Shown: positions 56,082-60,829 of the stretch, in pieces
Layout: the number at the start of each line of letters is the position of its first letter
How positions within the stretch are numbered: the stretch's first letter is position 1
Source: Algicola sp.
GTDB lineage: Bacteria; Pseudomonadota; Gammaproteobacteria; Enterobacterales; Alteromonadaceae
Reading direction: 5' to 3'
DNA: 60,829 nucleotides
NCBI GenBank assembly: GCA_013216025.1
Contig: JABSOG010000010.1
Coordinates: forward strand, 1 to 60,829
The notes under the pieces: model-generated
The model's input: the letters and a program-made list of their open reading frames with translations, nothing else
The model's database searches: none
Told to the model about the DNA's origin: nothing
Program-made: the position numbers and the translations under genes

Positions 56082-57332
56082 TCACGCCGCGATTAATCCG
56101 GTACTGTCACCGGTCTTTCGATTAATCAATAAATGCTTGTGCCGGTTCACGGTTGGGCGTGACATGTTGATTTTTTTCGCTACCGTGGTCACCGTGGTTT
56201 TTTCACCGTCTGCCCGCATTTGCTTCACCGCTGCAATCAATTTATTTTCTGTCGCTGCTACCTGCTTTTTATTTGTAACGTATGCGTTTAGGGTATTGTT
56301 TTCGCTCGGCACATCGGCGGGATCAGCGTCAGGCGGTAAATACGATATCCCCATCAAATCCAAGGGCTTGTGCAAACCGAGCTGGAATATTGCGTGCTTC
56401 CACATGCGATAGTCTCGGTGGTAGAGCCGCTGGAAGCGATTAAGCCCCTTTTCAAACGCCAACCCAAACATGCAAAAGGCACACCCGGTGCGCTGCTCCG
56501 GCTCAACCAAGCGGCCTTTTTTATTTGTTACCCACTTATAGGCATCGGATATACTCAAATCAAACCGCGCTATGTATTCGGTCACATCCTCCGGGGTCCA
56601 AAACAGCATGGGGGCAGACCGGGGTTTTTTGGCATCAAACGCATTACACACCACATTTTTGCCACGCTGTCCCCCTTCTGCCGCCATAATGCCCTGAATG
56701 GATTTAAACCCGGTTTTCTTGGCGTAGGTATCTAAGGGTTCTTTTTTTAAGTGATCACAACACAATTCACTGACTTTGATGTCTGCTCGGGTCAGGTAAC
56801 GGTATTTATTGGGCAGCATGGACGCTTTGTTAAAGTCGCCATTTTTTTTGACGCCGGTATCATAAAGCCGTTTTGTTTGTGCCCAGTTAGGGTTATATTT
56901 TTCTACCGTCAATATCCGCACTTCCCGTGCCACGGTTTTACTCACCACGGCAAAGCCATCCTCTTTAATCACGCGTTCAAACGACTTTTTGGGCTTAACA
57001 ATAATCACTTCGCCGCATCGAGTGATGCGTTGGCCATCAACTACAGAGTTTAGCCCCTCGTTTTTTACCCGCCGCATAAACCGCTTAATGTCTTTCAATT
57101 CAAGGCCGGTATCGCTGAATACGGCGGGCACATCCGGATACATGGACCACACGATGTTTAACAACGTTGTGCTATCCCGCCCAGCACTCCACGCGACATA
57201 CACGTCACCGTCATGGGCTTCATACCATTGACGAATGCGCAATTTTGTCATTATAATTTTGGCGTCAAGGTCCAGACTTTGGCGCTGGGCAAACTTGGCT
57301 TTTTCAGATAGCCCCATGGGGATGGCGATCAT
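56082..57332 (-). CDS. PAPS-reductase-like PP-loop protein (IbrA/phage type) with a C-terminal HTH
   Basis: 416 aa. PP-loop variant VAWSAGRDSTT, CAFCMFG Cys motif, C-terminal TVTTVAKKINMSRPTVNRHKHLL. Confidence 0.7.
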   Translation of the reverse strand: MIAIPMGLSEKAKFAQRQSLDLDAKIIMTKLRIRQWYEAHDGDVYVAWSAGRDSTTLLNIVWSMYPDVPAVFSDTGLELKDIKRFMRRVKNEGLNSVVDGQRITRCGEVIIVKPKKSFERVIKEDGFAVVSKTVAREVRILTVEKYNPNWAQTKRLYDTGVKKNGDFNKASMLPNKYRYLTRADIKVSELCCDHLKKEPLDTYAKKTGFKSIQGIMAAEGGQRGKNVVCNAFDAKKPRSAPMLFWTPEDVTEYIARFDLSISDAYKWVTNKKGRLVEPEQRTGCAFCMFGLAFEKGLNRFQRLYHRDYRMWKHAIFQLGLHKPLDLMGISYLPPDADPADVPSENNTLNAYVTNKKQVAATENKLIAAVKQMRADGEKTTVTTVAKKINMSRPTVNRHKHLLINRKTGDSTGLIAA

Positions 57333-57412
57333 GGTTATTGTCCTTTTCGTTTACTTCTACCCACCAAGCCCGTTATATCGACAGGCTCAGTGCGGTTATG
57401 GTGCAAAAGCGA

Positions 57413-57718
57413 CTACCAATCGCCGCCAGACAATTCCGGTAACATTGGCACACCAGCTAAATTAACAGCGCGTTGTCGCTGCGGGTCTTGCCCCTGCCCT
57501 TGATGGGTTTCACCCAATATGATACAAATGCCATCATTCGCAGAGTAATAAGAGGCATCCGGGAACACCTCTTTAATACCTTTAATCGCCTCTTGTAGTT
57601 TTTTTGTGGCCCTAACATACATGGCGGCGTGCTTTGGGCAATGCTTTAACAACAAGCTTTCAGCATCTTGCTCGCCACTTTCAACGATATCGTCGACTTC
57701 ACTTTGATTAAAGGTCAT
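57413..57718 (-). CDS. Hypothetical phage-like protein
   Basis: 101-aa ORF with an aggaaaag SD. Confidence 0.45.
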   Translation of the reverse strand: MTFNQSEVDDIVESGEQDAESLLLKHCPKHAAMYVRATKKLQEAIKGIKEVFPDASYYSANDGICIILGETHQGQGQDPQRQRAVNLAGVPMLPELSGGDW

Positions 57719-57821
57719 CTTTTCCTAGCCTCATTAAATGTTTATTTATTACTGACGAAACCGCAATGAAGCGGCTCGTGGGTGTTACGGTGCAAAGTAA
57801 AACTTTACACCATATAAAGGG

Positions 57822-58061
57822 TTAACCGCCGATCACGATATCCAAACCGTCTGCCGGGTCGATTTCCAACGCATTGCAATAACGCACGTATTCAACCACG
57901 TCTAAACGCCGCTCTTGATTTTCAATCTTGCCGATGAATGAATGCGGCGTGCCAAGGATTTCAGCCAAAGAGCGCATGGTGTGGCCCTTCTCTTTACGTT
58001 TGTCCTTCAACCAAGCTGTCAACTTTACATTTTCGTCTGAAGCAACTGTTTTACCCATCAT
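57822..58061 (-). CDS. XRE/Cro-cI family HTH regulator
   Basis: Start at MMGKTVAS (SD aaaggg). HTMRSLAEILGTPHSFIGKIENQERRLDVVEY. Confidence 0.75.
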   Translation of the reverse strand: MMGKTVASDENVKLTAWLKDKRKEKGHTMRSLAEILGTPHSFIGKIENQERRLDVVEYVRYCNALEIDPADGLDIVIGG

Positions 58062-58146
58062 AATATAGCCCTTTAAAGTTAAGTGTTTTTCCACTGACTT
58101 AAGCCCAATGAAGGGCCTGAGTTGGTTATTATCGTGGTAAGTAAAG

Positions 58147-58401
58147 TTAGCCTACGGGTTCACTATAATAGTCATCAGCGTTCACATGCACCCAACTGCC
58201 ATCGGCAAATTTAAGGCTTGAAACCCCATCACTGCGGTCTGTCATCACACAAAAACCACCGGCAAATTGAATCAAGTCAAAACCTAAACTTCTATCCATT
58301 TTCTCTTTGGCAATGGTTAAACCCCTTTCCATTCTCTGGCCAAAGGTCAAATCACTGATTTTGTTTATTTTTTTAATTAACTTACTCAATTTTGCATTCA
58401 T
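58147..58401 (-). CDS. Hypothetical protein, first gene leftward of the operator array
   Basis: 84-aa ORF with an aggac SD. Confidence 0.45.
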   Translation of the reverse strand: MNAKLSKLIKKINKISDLTFGQRMERGLTIAKEKMDRSLGFDLIQFAGGFCVMTDRSDGVSSLKFADGSWVHVNADDYYSEPVG

Positions 58402-58479
58402 GATTTTTGTCCTGGTATCTGGTTAAAAGAAGCGGCTACACGATTCCCTACGTTAATGACTGCCGCTTACTGGGTGGTT

Positions 58480-58599
58480 TAAATCAACTTTGATTTACCT
58501 TGCTGTTAAATCAAAGTTGATTTAAACTAAGTGAATATTAAATCAACTTTGATTTAATTACAAGTAAAAACGGAAAATATTTAAATCATTTTTGATTTA
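58480..58599. promoter_or_regulatory. Array of four palindromic operators in a divergent promoter region
   Basis: TAAATCAA-CT-TTGATTTA at 58480-58497 and 58539-58556. The same site with centre AG is at 58507-58524. Variant TAAATCA-TTTT-TGATTTA at 58582-58599. A fifth one-mismatch copy lies at 58902-58919 inside the rightward ORF. Confidence 0.8.
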
Positions 58600-58632
58600 A
58601 ATGATTTTGTGGTTAAATGCGCAGGTGGATAG

Positions 58633-58959
58633 ATGACAATAACAGTGACAATGCCAAAAAAACCGACAGAGCACAGCGAGTTTGCGGAGAATGCCAGAAA
58701 CTATATAAAGGCATTGCGGGATAATGCCGGGGGTGCAAAACCATTTTTTGAGCTGGTGCACGATAGGGAACCCGTAAAGAATGAAAGCATCACATTCAAT
58801 AACCAAATCAATAGGGGCAATTATTCTGCCGAGTTGGTGGGGATGCTTGTGGACAAGCTTAACCTTGAGAGTGTGACCCTCGGAGAACTTTACAAGGGTT
58901 ATAAATCAAAGTTGATTCAACAGCCTGAGCAACAATTGATTGAGCAAAGCAATAAATAG
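58633..58959 (+). CDS. Hypothetical regulator-position protein, first rightward gene
   Basis: 108-aa ORF next to the operators. No clear HTH could be read. Confidence 0.45.
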   Translation: MTITVTMPKKPTEHSEFAENARNYIKALRDNAGGAKPFFELVHDREPVKNESITFNNQINRGNYSAELVGMLVDKLNLESVTLGELYKGYKSKLIQQPEQQLIEQSNK

Positions 58960-59457
58960 AAAGACCCTTCTTTTCAGATACTTACCTCATTTGCATCAAA
59001 ACAATATTTAAAAGTGTTTTGATGCAATTTCCCCCGCAAAAACGACTTGGCATAAACAGCCAGTACTATCTACAACCAATCAACTGACCTCAAACACCTC
59101 ATAACACCGTAGACCCATTCGGCGAGTACCAGGGCGCGGGGGTGGGGGTGGGCACTCAGTGCCGAGTACCGATGACCCACAATTTGGTGACTGCTAATTG
59201 TGGGTTTTGATTGTATGATTAAAGGGCGTCACACATTGACGCGACTGTTTCGGCCAGCGGAAGGCCATTTTTTTGGTTGGTAGGGGTGGGTTATGTGGCA
59301 TGATTTTTTGGATTCGAACTGGTTTTGGTTGGGGGTCGCCGTAGTGTTTGCGGCCTGCGCCACGGTGTTGTCGTTTTTTCTGTAGTCTATTTACCCTATA
59401 GCCAACAATCACCCGCTTTGGCACTATGGACGCCGATAAAAACCAAAGGAAAAAGCA

Positions 59458-59652
59458 ATGGCCACATTTTTTGTAATCGTTGAAGATAATGACGGCCATC
59501 AGCCGTTAATGCAATCAATCCCCGGTGACGGGATAAAGCCATTTATGTCGCTTTTTGAAAGTCAGGCTGAAGCGGTGGCAGGAGCAAAAGCTCAAGGCGT
59601 GGTGAGGTTTGAGGTTTTTGAGGTTGGCAAGGGGGTTAAAATCGACACCTGA
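59458..59652 (+). CDS. Hypothetical small protein
   Basis: 64 aa, SD aaagga. Confidence 0.4.
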   Translation: MATFFVIVEDNDGHQPLMQSIPGDGIKPFMSLFESQAEAVAGAKAQGVVRFEVFEVGKGVKIDT

Positions 59653-59838
59653 TGCGCTACACTCATTAAATGCCAAAATTGAGAGTCAGACACATACAAG
59701 ACCCCGGTACTGTCATGCGGGGTTATCCCAGCGGGTTGTCGCTGTGCGGGTTTCGGTATCACACCGTGCCAGCTGCTGAGTCGAGGCCGTGTAAGTTGTG
59801 CGCAAAAAAGCAGGCGCACATTGATAGAGCGGTCGCCA

Positions 59839-60105
59839 ATGAAGTGTAAACACTGTGGGCAATTGCTGTACGCGCCCATCAAATGGGTGGCATCGGATTT
59901 GATTGACTTGGGGATTGTCCACCTGAGTTGCTGGCAACAATGGTGCGCAAAAATACCCGCGTATAGCGACGACCCGAATGTGATGATGGGCGACTACTAC
60001 GACACGATGACCGGGGTTGTGCTGTCAGATTATGAAACTCGGATGCGGTTTTACAACGGCGAATGGGGCACGTTAATGCCCGTCACATATACAGCGGGTC
60101 GATAA
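59839..60105 (+). CDS. Hypothetical protein with an N-terminal CxxC
   Basis: ATG at MKCKHCGQ. The listed ORF starts at a TTG 18 nt upstream. Confidence 0.4.
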   Translation: MKCKHCGQLLYAPIKWVASDLIDLGIVHLSCWQQWCAKIPAYSDDPNVMMGDYYDTMTGVVLSDYETRMRFYNGEWGTLMPVTYTAGR

Positions 60106-60143
60106 CGCACCACTTGCGTTCCTTTTGTTGCTGAATCACCATT

Positions 60144-60350
60144 TTAGCGGTCGGCCCATTTCCCCGCACGCCTAAGCAAGCACTCAATGGCCATAGCGGT
60201 TTGTTGCTTCAAAGGCCGCTTGCGGTTCTCAATGTTCATGACCTGCTTGTAGTTACCCCACCCAAGCGCCAAGGCTAAACCGCCCTGAGACAACCCAAGT
60301 TTTTCCCGTGCCGTAACTACGCTAAGCGCTTTTTTCCGGCTTCCTCCCAT
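60144..60350 (-). CDS. XRE-family HTH protein
   Basis: LGLSQGGLALALGWGNYKQVMNIENRKRPL. Confidence 0.6.
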   Translation of the reverse strand: MGGSRKKALSVVTAREKLGLSQGGLALALGWGNYKQVMNIENRKRPLKQQTAMAIECLLRRAGKWADR

Positions 60351-60583
60351 TCGTTCAAGGGGGTTTCAACGTGATGAAAATAATCATTGGAGCCGTGAAA
60401 CTCACCGTCAGTCCAAAAGCGGCAAACCTCTAGGGTTTTCTCGGCGTCGTCATCAGATAATTCAATGTCCATACCGTTCTCAGCATAGGCTTGTAGGGCT
60501 TCAACGCTGGCTAGGTTAATAGCGCGAAATTCTTCGGCGGCAGAGTCTAAAACGGCTTCGGCAACATCAAATAAAGTGGTCAT
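60317..60583 (-). CDS. Acidic hypothetical protein upstream of the HTH gene
   Basis: Start at MTTLFDV. 34-nt overlap with the downstream HTH ORF. Confidence 0.4.
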   Translation of the reverse strand: MTTLFDVAEAVLDSAAEEFRAINLASVEALQAYAENGMDIELSDDDAEKTLEVCRFWTDGEFHGSNDYFHHVETPLNEWEEAGKKRLA

Positions 60584-60640
60584 GGTCAGTATCCTTGGGG
60601 TTTGTTTTTGTGGGGTTGTCCTCACTTCTTGATACTAACT

Positions 60641-60681
60641 ATAAGAACTTTGTTCTTAATTGTCAAGAACAAAGTTCTTAT
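60641..60681. promoter_or_regulatory. Pair of palindromic operator-like sites
   Basis: TAAGAAC-TTT-GTTCTTA (60642-60658) and AAGAAC-AAA-GTTCTT (60665-60679), about 60 nt upstream of the 60583 start. Confidence 0.65.
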
Positions 60682-60717
60682 TTCTTAAAATAAATAGAAA
60701 CGCATCACTTGCGGGGG

Positions 60718-60828
60718 TTAGCGGGCAATCGCGGCGGCCCGCGCTTTTTCAGCGTCTTCAATCGCAATCCACTTGGCCACATTGACGGCTCTTTCTTTTG
60801 CCCTCACGGCCAACTTACCGGCTCGGGT
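60718..60828 (-). CDS. C-terminal fragment of an ORF running off the window
   Basis: Open frame ...GKLAVRAKERAVNVAKWIAIEDAEKARAAAIAR-stop. Function unknown. Confidence 0.3.
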   Translation of the reverse strand, partial: TRAGKLAVRAKERAVNVAKWIAIEDAEKARAAAIAR

Positions 60829-60829
60829 G

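Larger units (their letters stand above)
54380..60829. mobile_element. Phage-like early/regulatory region (prophage or remnant, extends beyond the window)
   Basis: Abrupt switch after terB to densely packed small ORFs with strong SDs, XRE-type repressors, palindromic operator arrays and a phage-type PAPS-reductase-like gene. No integrase or structural genes are inside the window. Confidence 0.55.

Noticed and set aside
59194-59499. 101-aa minus-strand ORF in the phage-like region
   Set aside because: It overlaps the start of the better-supported plus-strand 59458-59652 ORF, is rich in Arg/Lys/Pro, and has no SD.

Overview
60.8-kb chromosomal segment that looks like a low-GC marine gammaproteobacterium, possibly Alteromonadales or Colwelliaceae. 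That placement is inferred from gene content (GlyGly-CTERM tails, a YjfI/YjfJ Psp-like operon, a MetJ box, LysR/TetR regulators), not from any search. No rRNA, tRNA or CRISPR array was seen. Gene order from left to right: a DUF234-type ATPase and an M16 peptidase pair; a regulatory block at 5-13.4 kb, where a 1411-aa hybrid two-component system (propeller sensor, kinase, receiver, AraC output) is flanked by two families of duplicated small secreted Cys-containing proteins, a SAM methyltransferase and an FHA plus winged-helix protein; a six-gene operon at 15-21 kb with PspA/YjfJ, YjfI, a membrane spermidine-synthase-like protein and a DUF350 protein; a roughly 6.9-kb defence islet at 21.96-28.85 kb; then secreted hydrolases with GlyGly-CTERM tails, an OsmC-YcaO fusion, redox/detoxification genes with LysR and TetR regulators, a small accessory patch (PDDEXK/YhcG, ADP-ribosylglycohydrolase, ParE-type toxin-antitoxin pair), metH-metF, ydcF and terB; from about 54.4 kb to the window end, a phage-like early/regulatory region with palindromic operator arrays. 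The defence islet is the most interesting part. It is bracketed by direct repeats derived from the 3' end of a HigA-like antitoxin gene and holds two convergent ATPase+HNH (Septu-like) gene pairs. In one pair the ATPase carries an N-terminal SIR2-like NADase domain, giving an 873-aa SIR2 / ABC-type ATPase fusion followed 3 nt later by a PtuB-like HNH protein. I do not recognise this architecture as a described system. Other observations: several families of intergenic palindromic repeats, one with a constant CATGGATG core and covarying stems; a tandem 15-bp operator-like array; and candidate MetJ and TetR operators. All domain calls come from reading motifs in the translated ORFs. No database search was possible.
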